A DNA stretch of 64,000 bases, from positions 1,927 through 65,926 of IMG/VR virus record IMGVR_UViG_3300047471_000325; one strand, 5' to 3'. This DNA is from a virus. Taxonomy: Duplodnaviria; Caudoviricetes. Of this stretch, positions 28,180-36,706 are shown piece by piece; within the stretch, counting starts at the first letter, position 1, and every line of letters begins with the position of its first letter. The notes beneath the pieces are model-generated. The model was given only the letters and a program-made list of their open reading frames with translations. It did not search any database and was not told where the DNA came from. The position numbers were made by a program, and so were the translations under genes.

Positions 28180-28775
28180 GGCGGTATGATCTGCTTCGTA
28201 ACTTGCTAGAATCGCTGAATTCCAGCACGATCCCCTATGAGGTGCGCATCCTCGATAATGGTCGCGATGCTGCTCGGTTGAAGCAGGCGACGGCATACTT
28301 TGATGTCGATGTCGAGACGCCACATCAGCCTTATGGCGTCGCTGAATCGTGGAACCACTTCATCAATCAGGTGCCAGAAGAGCGCGTCATCGTCAACGAC
28401 GACGTCATCTTCGCGCCCGACTCGCTGGAGCGCATGGTCGCGACGAAGTACGACCTCGCATGGTCGTATGAGGCGGGCTTCTCGTGCTTCCTCATCCGGG
28501 ACAAGTGCGTCGAGACAGTCGGACTATTCGATGAGAGTATTTCTCCTGGCTATGCCTACTTCGAAGATGAAGACTATATGCAGCGCGTGAACGGGAAGGG
28601 CACGAAGCCGTCGCTCATCAACTGCGGGCACGTCGAGTGCGGCGTGATGCACCCGGTCCAGAGCCAGACGCTGAAGGCAGCGACACGTAAGGAGCTGGGC
28701 GAGCACCACAAGAAGTTCATGGTCGCGCGTGCGAACTTCGCGGCGAAGTGGGGAGAAGCGGCGGTGCCGAAGTGA
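28152..28775 (+). CDS. GT2 family glycosyltransferase
   Basis: 'ILDNG', 'GVAESWN', 'VNDDV', 'VGLFDE...YFEDEDY'. Confidence 0.9.
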   Translation: MVHVCVPVLRRYDLLRNLLESLNSSTIPYEVRILDNGRDAARLKQATAYFDVDVETPHQPYGVAESWNHFINQVPEERVIVNDDVIFAPDSLERMVATKYDLAWSYEAGFSCFLIRDKCVETVGLFDESISPGYAYFEDEDYMQRVNGKGTKPSLINCGHVECGVMHPVQSQTLKAATRKELGEHHKKFMVARANFAAKWGEAAVPK

Positions 28776-29305
28776 TCACCTTCCTCGTCCCGACTCTTGG
28801 CCGTCGCTCGCTGAGGTCCACGCTTCGGTCCATCGAGACGTGGCCTGGTGACGAGATACTCGTGGTTGGGAACGTCGCTGGACTGAACGGTGGCAATCCT
28901 ATCGTGCGTTACGTGGAGTGCGCACCCGGCAAAGACTGGGGACACAGCGAGCGCAATTTCGCCACGCCGTTGGCGAAGGGTCGCTACATCGCACACATCG
29001 ACGATGACGACATCTACGTACCCGGCACGCGGGCGCTGATGCAAGACGCCATCGAGAAGACACCCGACCGTCCGGTGCTATTCCGGATGCAATTCCCGAA
29101 CGGCATCACGCTGTGGCACGAACCGAAGATTGAGTGTGGTAATGTCGGGACACCGATGTTCCTGATCCCGAACGTGCCTGAGAAGCTCGGCACGTGGAAG
29201 CCGTACGTTGGTGGTGATTGCGACTTTCTCGCAGAGTGTAAGTGGAGCGCAGAAGAAATCGTCTGGCGACCCGAGGTCACGGTAAGCCTTGGACATAATA
29301 CGTAG
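28772..29305 (+). CDS. GT2 family glycosyltransferase
   Basis: 'LVPTLGR', 'GHSERN', 'HIDDDD'. Confidence 0.85.
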   Translation: MITFLVPTLGRRSLRSTLRSIETWPGDEILVVGNVAGLNGGNPIVRYVECAPGKDWGHSERNFATPLAKGRYIAHIDDDDIYVPGTRALMQDAIEKTPDRPVLFRMQFPNGITLWHEPKIECGNVGTPMFLIPNVPEKLGTWKPYVGGDCDFLAECKWSAEEIVWRPEVTVSLGHNT

Positions 29306-29315
29306 GAGAAGCAGC

Positions 29316-29456
29316 ATGACACAAGAAGACTTCGAGATGGTGCAAAAAGGTTTCCTGTTGGTGGATCAGAATCTGGCACAAGTAACGCGGACGTTGAAGG
29401 CTATCCTCGACCAGATGATTTACATGAATGAACAACTGGCCGGGAAGAAGTCATAG
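29316..29456 (+). CDS. 46-aa hypothetical protein
   Basis: MTQEDFEMVQKG...; flanked by identical TAGGAGAAGCAGCATG. Confidence 0.55.
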   Translation: MTQEDFEMVQKGFLLVDQNLAQVTRTLKAILDQMIYMNEQLAGKKS

Positions 29457-29466
29457 GAGAAGCAGC

Positions 29467-29664
29467 ATGCAACTCATGTCAAGTTTTGGACTATACAAGG
29501 CGCTGAAAGATGAAGGTTTCGAGTTACCCCCGGAGTGCGGTGACATTACTTTGGAACTACCGGTCGATGGCGTCATCCGTCTCAACTGCCCGCTGATGTT
29601 GACTGGCGAGCGCCTCGCGCAGCTCGGTCGAGCATTGACCAAGATGGCGGAGGCGCAATCATGA
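29467..29664 (+). CDS. Hypothetical protein
   Basis: Strong SD before ATG 29467. Confidence 0.55.
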   Translation: MQLMSSFGLYKALKDEGFELPPECGDITLELPVDGVIRLNCPLMLTGERLAQLGRALTKMAEAQS

Positions 29665-29978
29665 ATTACAAAGACAAGACGAACGGCGATATTGTCACAG
29701 CGTGGCAGTGGGATGGTAAAGACGAAGTGTCACTTAAACAGATGCTCTTCGGACTGCTGTCATATACCGTTGAGGATGGCGAAGTCTCTGTGCGGCTTGG
29801 CAGGTTTGACTATCTTAAGATCGTGCCCGGCACATTCATCGTCAATGGTCCTGCGACCAATCAGCTTCGCACGTTCAACGCTGGAATCTTTGCCAAACAG
29901 TTTGAGAAGATCGTCGTAGCAGCACCAGCACCGACGCAGATTACTCATGATACGGAGAAGAAGGAGAAGCAGTCATGA
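29661..29978 (+). CDS. Small phage protein (AxQWxG family like)
   Basis: 'VTAWQWDG...PGTFIV...IFAKQFE'. Confidence 0.6.
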   Translation: MNYKDKTNGDIVTAWQWDGKDEVSLKQMLFGLLSYTVEDGEVSVRLGRFDYLKIVPGTFIVNGPATNQLRTFNAGIFAKQFEKIVVAAPAPTQITHDTEKKEKQS

Positions 29979-31264
29979 AAAACCTCCTCTGGGTCGGCGA
30001 TGCAGTCGTCCCCTCTGGCTTCGCTACGGCGACGCACAAGATCCTCGAGCATCTGATACCGCACTATAACATCAGTGTGCTTGGGATGAACTACAATGGC
30101 GATCCGCACGAGTACCCGTATCACATCTACCTCGCTGGCGTTGGTGGTGATGGCTTCGGCGTGAAGCGCATCGCGCAGATCGCGTTGAAGACACAAGCTG
30201 ACGTCATCGTCATCCAGCAAGATGGGTGGAACATCCCAGGATATATCCACTATCTTCAGCAGTTCGAAGAGACGAAGGACATCCCTGTCGTGGCTGCAGT
30301 GGCCGTCGATGGGAAGAACTTCAACGGACAATGGCTGCGCGGCGTGTCGCTCGCAATCTTCTGGACGCAGTTCGCGCTCGACGAAGCGCGGGCAGGTGGT
30401 TACCACGGTCCGGCGCAAGTCATCCCACTTGGCGTCGACCTCGACACCTACAAGCCGCTCGACAAGATCGAGACACGCAAGACGCACGGTGGCGCACTGG
30501 CACTCAGTGCCGTGCTCGGCAACCCGGACAATTTCATCGTCGGTAATGTGAACCGCAATCAGCCGCGCAAGCGCTGGGACTTGACGATCAAGTATTTCGC
30601 CAAGTGGATCGAAGACAACAACATCAATAATGCATGGCTCTACATGCATTCGGCGCCGACGGGTGACATGAGCGTGAATGTCATCGACCTCGCGCGCTAC
30701 TACAATTGTCTCGACCGCACGCTCTACATCGAGCCGCCGACGTTCACCGGGCTGACCGAAGAGGAGATGTGCAAGACCTATAACTGCTTCGACGTCTTGA
30801 TCAGCACGACGCAGGGCGAGGGGATGGGGCTGCCGGCGATGGAGGCGATGGCGTGCGGCGTGCCGTGCATCCTACCCAACTGGTCGGCCTTTGGCGATTG
30901 GGCGCGTGATGCAGCGGTGCTCGTACCATGCACCTCGACGCGGGTGGATTTCCCTTACGTGAACGTCATCGGCGGCGTGCCGGATGAGGGTGAGTTCATC
31001 GCAGAACTCGATAGGGTTTATCACGATAACAATTACAGAATGCACCTCGCATCGGGTGGTTTACGCCGCGTGCATGAGGATCGTTTCCGCTGGGCGACCA
31101 TCGGGTTGCGATATGTTGCAGCTATCGGGGAATTGCTCGCGGAGGTCGAGGCGAAGCAAGGCGACAAAGTCAATGCTGAACTTCTTAAGAAGGAACACGA
31201 AGAGATGCAGCAACGCCTCGTCGAGCGCCGGATGAAGATCATGAGCGGCGAGGTGCAGGCGTGA
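29975..31264 (+). CDS. GT-B (GT4 family) glycosyltransferase
   Basis: 'VIPLGVDLDTY', 'NRNQPRKR', 'YNCFDV..STTQGEGMGLPAMEAMACGVP'. Confidence 0.92.
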   Translation: MKNLLWVGDAVVPSGFATATHKILEHLIPHYNISVLGMNYNGDPHEYPYHIYLAGVGGDGFGVKRIAQIALKTQADVIVIQQDGWNIPGYIHYLQQFEETKDIPVVAAVAVDGKNFNGQWLRGVSLAIFWTQFALDEARAGGYHGPAQVIPLGVDLDTYKPLDKIETRKTHGGALALSAVLGNPDNFIVGNVNRNQPRKRWDLTIKYFAKWIEDNNINNAWLYMHSAPTGDMSVNVIDLARYYNCLDRTLYIEPPTFTGLTEEEMCKTYNCFDVLISTTQGEGMGLPAMEAMACGVPCILPNWSAFGDWARDAAVLVPCTSTRVDFPYVNVIGGVPDEGEFIAELDRVYHDNNYRMHLASGGLRRVHEDRFRWATIGLRYVAAIGELLAEVEAKQGDKVNAELLKKEHEEMQQRLVERRMKIMSGEVQA

Positions 31265-31668
31265 AGACTGCCATAGCTGGTGTCAATGAGATGCTGGCGA
31301 AGATCAAAGGCATCGCCAACTCGTTCCCTGACCGTGTCGGCGCAGCGCTCTATCAGGAAGCCCAGGTCGAGATGACTGAGGCGAAGCGTCGGTGTCCGGT
31401 GGATACCGGCAAGCTGCGTGCTAGTGGACAGGTCTCGAAGCCTGAGCGCGAAGGTCGGCGTATCTCGGTGACGCTCTCATTCGGTGGAGCGGCGGCGGAC
31501 TATGCGATCTATGTGCATGAGAACCTCGAAGCGAACCACGCCAGTCCGCCATTCGGGGGTGGTCAGGCGAAGTTCTTAGAGAGTGTGCTCAATGAGTCAC
31601 AGCCTTATATGGCAGAGCGTCTGGCACGTCGTCTTGATTTGAACAAGAGCAAGGAGGAGGTTGAGTAA
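31261..31668 (+). CDS. HK97 gp10-like neck/tail completion protein
   Basis: 'AKRRCPVDTGKLRAS', 'YAIYVHE', 'AKFLE'. Confidence 0.88.
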   Translation: MKTAIAGVNEMLAKIKGIANSFPDRVGAALYQEAQVEMTEAKRRCPVDTGKLRASGQVSKPEREGRRISVTLSFGGAAADYAIYVHENLEANHASPPFGGGQAKFLESVLNESQPYMAERLARRLDLNKSKEEVE

Positions 31669-32072
31669 TGCCTTTCCTCGATGAAGTCGCCGCTCGCCTC
31701 GTCTCTTCTGGAGTCGGCACGATTGGCTCGAACATCTTTCTCGGTTCGAAGGCCGTGATTCCTCCAGGGCCAGGGCCGTATCTGACACTCATCGAAACCG
31801 GTGGCATGGCACCAACACGAGTGCGGAACAAGGCGAGCGCGAATACACAACGCCCGACAGCGCAAGTTGCCGTGCGCGGAATCAGCTATACGACCACTCG
31901 CACGATGCTGAAAGCGGCGTATGACGCACTTGACGGCATCTTCAATACGACACTCAGTGGGACGTTCTACCACAAGGTGACAGCGCGGCAAGAACCGACA
32001 GACATCGGGCAAGACGCGGATGGGCGTCCGACAATTGTCTTCAACATCGAAGCAGAGAAGATACCTTCGTAA
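31668..32072 (+). CDS. Tail terminator (minor-capsid-like family)
   Basis: 'IFLG', 'ETGG', 'PTAQVAVRG', 'IGQDADGRP..VFN'. Confidence 0.8.
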   Translation: MPFLDEVAARLVSSGVGTIGSNIFLGSKAVIPPGPGPYLTLIETGGMAPTRVRNKASANTQRPTAQVAVRGISYTTTRTMLKAAYDALDGIFNTTLSGTFYHKVTARQEPTDIGQDADGRPTIVFNIEAEKIPS

Positions 32073-32144
32073 ATAGAAGCAGAAGCATTCCAGAGGTCGT
32101 ACCAATAACGGTACACCTCATCTCTTATATCAGAGAGGAATTGC

Positions 32145-32579
32145 ATGGCTATCAGCGCACACGGAACAGTCGTTGCCAGGGCACCAGTTGCCACCCCTAC
32201 AGTCTTCACCAACATCGCCGAGATGGGCGATGTCACGCCGCCAGAACTCAGCCGCAAAGAGTTCGACGCGACGACGCAGACGCTGAACATCGACACCTAC
32301 GTGGTCGGTGTGCTGCGTCGCTCGGGCTTTACGATGAAGCTCAACGCGTTGCAGACGGACGCTTCGCAGGACCATCTCACTGGTCTGCTCAAGGCAATGA
32401 TCACTGAGCCGCCGCCTGTTGATGGTTACCGCATCTCGTTTCCAGACGGTCTCGTCTGGTTGATGAGCGGTCAGGTGTCGATGTTCAAGAACCTGTCGCC
32501 AGTAGATGGGTTGATGTCTGTCGAAGTGACCATCCGCCCGACGGGCAAGATGGTGATCGGCGGCATCGTCGTTGGGTAA
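32145..32579 (+). CDS. Major tail tube protein
   Basis: 'FTNIAEMGDVTPPELSRKEFDAT', 'YRISFPDG', 'VTIRPTG'. Confidence 0.85.
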   Translation: MAISAHGTVVARAPVATPTVFTNIAEMGDVTPPELSRKEFDATTQTLNIDTYVVGVLRRSGFTMKLNALQTDASQDHLTGLLKAMITEPPPVDGYRISFPDGLVWLMSGQVSMFKNLSPVDGLMSVEVTIRPTGKMVIGGIVVG

Positions 32580-32586
32580 TTGAGTG

Positions 32587-32610
32587 GGTGCCGCTCGCAA
32601 GGGCGGCACC
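32587..32610 (+). terminator. GC hairpin after the tail tube gene
   Basis: GGTGCCGC...GCGGCACC, weak U-tract. Confidence 0.4.
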
Positions 32611-32632
32611 TGACTTCTTGAGGAGCAGTAGC

Positions 32633-32851
32633 ATGATGACGGTGAAGCACATCGAATCAGACGGTACTGAGCACGTCTTTCAGGTTGAATCGCTCAGCCG
32701 ATTGCCAGACGGCGAACTCGTCTTCAATACACTCAAGCGCATCTCGTCCGGTCGGATTTATGTCATGGACATGGGCAAGACGGTTGCCACCTATGACTTC
32801 ACCAAGCGCGTACTAAGTATTCCCAAACCCTCGGAGAAGGAGCAGCAATGA
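32633..32851 (+). CDS. Small hypothetical protein
   Basis: AGGAGCAGTA before ATG 32633; 'IYVMDMGKTVATY'. Confidence 0.6.
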   Translation: MMTVKHIESDGTEHVFQVESLSRLPDGELVFNTLKRISSGRIYVMDMGKTVATYDFTKRVLSIPKPSEKEQQ

Positions 32852-33207
32852 CTGAAGCAGTACAGACGCAGATCGACTCGATGGAAGAGATCCTCGCCTC
32901 GGACGACGTCGAGTTCGCCACCATCGAAGGCTTCACAAAGAACAAGCCATTCCGCATCGGCTCGCTCTCTGCCGGTGACCTTATCGAATGGTCAGAAGCG
33001 AACGAGGGCGAAGCGAAGCGCACGGCAGGCTTGCGTCTCATTTGCAAGAGCCTCGTCGATACTGGCGGCAAGCGCTTCGCGTCTGACCCAAAGAACATCG
33101 CCGTCTTCCGACTGAAGTCTCACAAGGTGACTGAGCGCATCGTGCGCGAGATCCTGAAGCTGAACGGGATGGTCGTCAAGGATGCGGAGAAGGCAAAAAA
33201 CGACTGA
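32848..33207 (+). CDS. Tail assembly chaperone (gpG analogue)
   Basis: Between tube and tape measure; ends in slippery A AAA AAC. Confidence 0.85.
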   Translation: MTEAVQTQIDSMEEILASDDVEFATIEGFTKNKPFRIGSLSAGDLIEWSEANEGEAKRTAGLRLICKSLVDTGGKRFASDPKNIAVFRLKSHKVTERIVREILKLNGMVVKDAEKAKND

Positions 33208-33548
33208 GGCGGAGCCCACGTCGTCGCCTCGCGTATCGGTTGGAACTGAGAGGCATTCAGGTGCGCAAGCTGACGGCGAAACAATTCATCGGGTGGGAGC
33301 ACTTCGCCGAGATCGAGCCATTCACACTAGATACAGAACTGCGTGCTGATATCCGCGCTGCACAGATCGCACAAGTGATCGCGAACGTCAACCGAGGCAA
33401 GGGGCAGAAAGCGTATACGATCAAGGACTTCCTCGTCCAGTTCGATGGGGAAGCACAGCAACCAGAGCGCAAGAAGACGTGGCAAGAGATGCAGCAAATC
33501 GCCTACATGATTGCCTCGGCGTATAACGCACCTGGAGTGACGAGCTGA
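33198..33548 (+). CDS. Tail assembly chaperone -1 frameshift extension (gpT analogue)
   Basis: The -1 frame is open from 33198 to 33548; 'WEHFAEIEPF...RADIRAAQIAQ..AN..R...KDF'. Confidence 0.8.
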   Translation, partial: KRLRRSPRRRLAYRLELRGIQVRKLTAKQFIGWEHFAEIEPFTLDTELRADIRAAQIAQVIANVNRGKGQKAYTIKDFLVQFDGEAQQPERKKTWQEMQQIAYMIASAYNAPGVTS

Positions 33549-36500
33549 TGGAGATCGGAACACTCACTGGCGAGATCACTCTTGAAGATACTTTCTCGTC
33601 CGGCCTTGAGATGGCGAACGAGAAGGTTAAAGAGTTCGCTGAGAGCTTCGAGGGGATGGCTGGCGCGGTCATCGCTGGGTCAGCGCTCATTGCGACAGCG
33701 ATCATCGGCGTCGGTGCCACGGTCTTTGGCCTCGCCGAGCACGCGGCGAAAGCAGGTGAAGAAGTCGAGGCATTCAGCCTGAAGACGGGTATTGCGGTCG
33801 AGAACGTTGGACCGCTGAAGTTCGCCGTCGATGCTGCTGGCGGAAGTCTCGATCAGCTGAACTCTACGCTCATGCGCATGACGATGAAGGAGGCGGCCGA
33901 TTCTAGCGGGAAGTTCTCCAGTGCGCTGAAAGACCTCGGCATCAACGCAGATGCATTCGGGAGAATGGATGCCGAGCAGAAGATCATGGCCCTTGGCGAA
34001 GGGTTCAGGAAGGGTGCTGAGAACGGCACGAACATGGCCGATGCGATGGCGCTGATGGGGCGCGGCGGCGCGAACATGATCCCGACGCTAGAGAAGCTCA
34101 CGCCCGAGCTGATGGCGATTGCGCAGCAGACCGCGATCATCTGGACGCCCGAGAGCATCGAGGCGGCGAAACAGTTCAGCGTGGCGACGAACATTGTGCA
34201 CCAGTCGCTCGCCAACATCACAACGCGCGTCGGTGCTGAACTCCTCCCCGCAATGTCTGCACTCGCTGACGCACTCGCGAAAGACCCAGCATTCCTCAAT
34301 GCCGTAACAACAGGTGTTGACCTTCTTGCGCACGGCCTCGGTTACGCTGTCGAAGCGGCCGGTTATCTTGTGACCGGGTTCATCTCGCTCGGCGCTGGAC
34401 TCGTGAACATCTACGGCATGCTGCTTGAAGGCTCGGTGAAGTTTGATCAGTTCTTTCTCACCATCGTCACTGGGCTTGGCAAGATTCCTGGCATGGGCGA
34501 TAAGATGAAGGGTTCTATCGAAGGACTCACGCTTACCATCGCTGAGAACCAAGCGAAGGTCGACGGCGCGAATAAGACCTATACCTCGATGATCAACGTC
34601 GGCGGCGCAGTCTACGACACGACGCAGCACATGGGCCAAGGGCTGCTCGACGTCGGCACGGCAAGCGACCATGCGACAGAGAGCGTCGGGAAGAACACCA
34701 AGGGGCTGGCCGAGAACGGCAAACAGGCTGCCGCCGCTGCTGCTGCGCAGAAAGCCTATTGGGATGCCGTCCTTGGCATCTACGATGGACTCGCCGGAGA
34801 GACGAAAAAGCTCTACGAACAGAACGACGCGCTCAATCTCATCATCGACTCTGGTGAGACGAATACTGAGGTCGTCAAGCGCACCATCGACATGATGGAT
34901 AAGTACGTGAAGGCTGGCGGCGTGCTGACCGACGTGCAGAAGAACTGGTACGACAGCAACAAGACGATCAGCGGGTCGCTCGACAACGTTGGCATGCACC
35001 TGACGCAGGTCGGCGTGCTCGTGCCAGAGAACACCGAGCACATCCAGGAGATGACCGCCGAGTTCATGAACGCGGCGAGCGGCGAAGATGTCCTGACCGC
35101 GAGTGCGCTAGAGACCTCGAATGCGCTGACGAGCACGAGCGATGTGACGGATAACTTCCGCCTGTCGCTTGTGAAGCTTCAGCCAGACATGAAGGGCATG
35201 AACCAGGGTTTTGTGGATGCCGCGCTGAACGCTGGGAACTTTGCCGATGAACTCGGCGGAGACCTGACGCAGGCACTCACCGCGATGCCGAACCTGCTCG
35301 TCAAGGCTTTTACCGGCGGTGGCGGATTCTCTGGCGCCATTTCGGCATTCGGCTCGAAGTTTGGTGCTGATGTGGGTAAGAGCCTCGAAAAAGATGCGAT
35401 GCCGGCGCTGACGAACTCCCTTGGCAAGACGCTTGGCGGCGCACTGGGATCGGCAATTCCAGTGGTTGGTGCGCTCATCGGCCCGCTCATCGGCAAGCTC
35501 TTCGACTCATTCGGTCCGTCGCAGGCAGAACTTGCTGGCCGCAAGGCTGAAGCCTCCTTCGAGGCTGGGTTCGGCGGCTTCCAAGGCATGATGGACAAGA
35601 TCGGAGTCGCCTATGCTGACACAGGGCGCTCAGCAGCGCAGGCGCAAGCCGACGTGCAGGCGCTCTTCGCAGCTGAAAAGCAAGGACCAGATGCCGTCAA
35701 GGCGGCGCTCAATACGATCAATCAAGTCTTCGCCGACCAGAAGGCAAAGATCGATAGCGACACGACGGCGATGGGCGCACTCCTCAAGGAAGGCGCCACG
35801 CTCGGTATCACGCTCCCGCAGTCGATTCAAGATTCAATTCAGAAGTTGATCGACATGGGCAAAGTGACTGGTGATACGCAGTCGCTCTTGTCTCAGTTGA
35901 CTGGCGCACAGACCGTGAATTTCGGCACGATGCGCGACCTCGCCACGAAGTATGGCGCGGACTTGACGCAGCTCGGTCCGGCCTTCGAGAAGGCGAAGAT
36001 CGACGACACCGCGACGACGATCATCAATGACTTCGATACCCTGCAGCGCGGACTCGGTGATACCGATACCGCGCTGACGGTGATGAAGAAGCCGATCAAT
36101 GATCTCGTGAACGAGTCGATCAAGTTCGGCGTTGACATCCCGGCGAACATGCAGCCATGGGTCGATCAATTGGAGAAGACAGGACAACTGACCGACGAGA
36201 ATGGCAATCAGCTGACTGACATCTCAAAGATCAAGTTCTCAGCACCTATTGAGACGCAGTTTCAGTTGCTGATTGATAAGATCTCGAAGTTGATTGATAC
36301 GATCACTGGTCCGAGCGGACTCAATGCGGCGATTAACAGCGTACCGAATAAGCAGACTGAAATCGTCACAGTGCATACCGACGTCTATAAGACTGAGCGA
36401 CAGGATGATTCAGCGGCATATGCTTCTATGGGTGGCCGAGTGACAGCATCTGGCGTCTCTTACTATGGCGGCGGTGGCAATGTCTTGTCGCCAGCGTTCG

Positions 36501-36706
36501 TTCCGCGTGGTACAGATACAGTTCCTGCGATGCTGACACCAGGTGAGACAGTCACGAGCACGCATGACGTCGGGTCGCAAGCGCAGAGCATGGAGAGCAT
36601 GGCGAACGACATGGCGAGCATTCGTAACTTGCTCGCCGCGCAACCTGGAGCGATGGCCGTGGCCTTGAAGGACGCCATCGTCTTGCTGCCGCGTAGGGTC
36701 GCCTGA
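33548..36706 (+). CDS. Tape measure protein
   Basis: 1052 aa, Ala/Gly-rich helical; 'EIGTLTGEITL' start; 'GTDTVPAMLTPGE' C-terminus. Confidence 0.92.
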   Translation: MEIGTLTGEITLEDTFSSGLEMANEKVKEFAESFEGMAGAVIAGSALIATAIIGVGATVFGLAEHAAKAGEEVEAFSLKTGIAVENVGPLKFAVDAAGGSLDQLNSTLMRMTMKEAADSSGKFSSALKDLGINADAFGRMDAEQKIMALGEGFRKGAENGTNMADAMALMGRGGANMIPTLEKLTPELMAIAQQTAIIWTPESIEAAKQFSVATNIVHQSLANITTRVGAELLPAMSALADALAKDPAFLNAVTTGVDLLAHGLGYAVEAAGYLVTGFISLGAGLVNIYGMLLEGSVKFDQFFLTIVTGLGKIPGMGDKMKGSIEGLTLTIAENQAKVDGANKTYTSMINVGGAVYDTTQHMGQGLLDVGTASDHATESVGKNTKGLAENGKQAAAAAAAQKAYWDAVLGIYDGLAGETKKLYEQNDALNLIIDSGETNTEVVKRTIDMMDKYVKAGGVLTDVQKNWYDSNKTISGSLDNVGMHLTQVGVLVPENTEHIQEMTAEFMNAASGEDVLTASALETSNALTSTSDVTDNFRLSLVKLQPDMKGMNQGFVDAALNAGNFADELGGDLTQALTAMPNLLVKAFTGGGGFSGAISAFGSKFGADVGKSLEKDAMPALTNSLGKTLGGALGSAIPVVGALIGPLIGKLFDSFGPSQAELAGRKAEASFEAGFGGFQGMMDKIGVAYADTGRSAAQAQADVQALFAAEKQGPDAVKAALNTINQVFADQKAKIDSDTTAMGALLKEGATLGITLPQSIQDSIQKLIDMGKVTGDTQSLLSQLTGAQTVNFGTMRDLATKYGADLTQLGPAFEKAKIDDTATTIINDFDTLQRGLGDTDTALTVMKKPINDLVNESIKFGVDIPANMQPWVDQLEKTGQLTDENGNQLTDISKIKFSAPIETQFQLLIDKISKLIDTITGPSGLNAAINSVPNKQTEIVTVHTDVYKTERQDDSAAYASMGGRVTASGVSYYGGGGNVLSPAFVPRGTDTVPAMLTPGETVTSTHDVGSQAQSMESMANDMASIRNLLAAQPGAMAVALKDAIVLLPRRVA

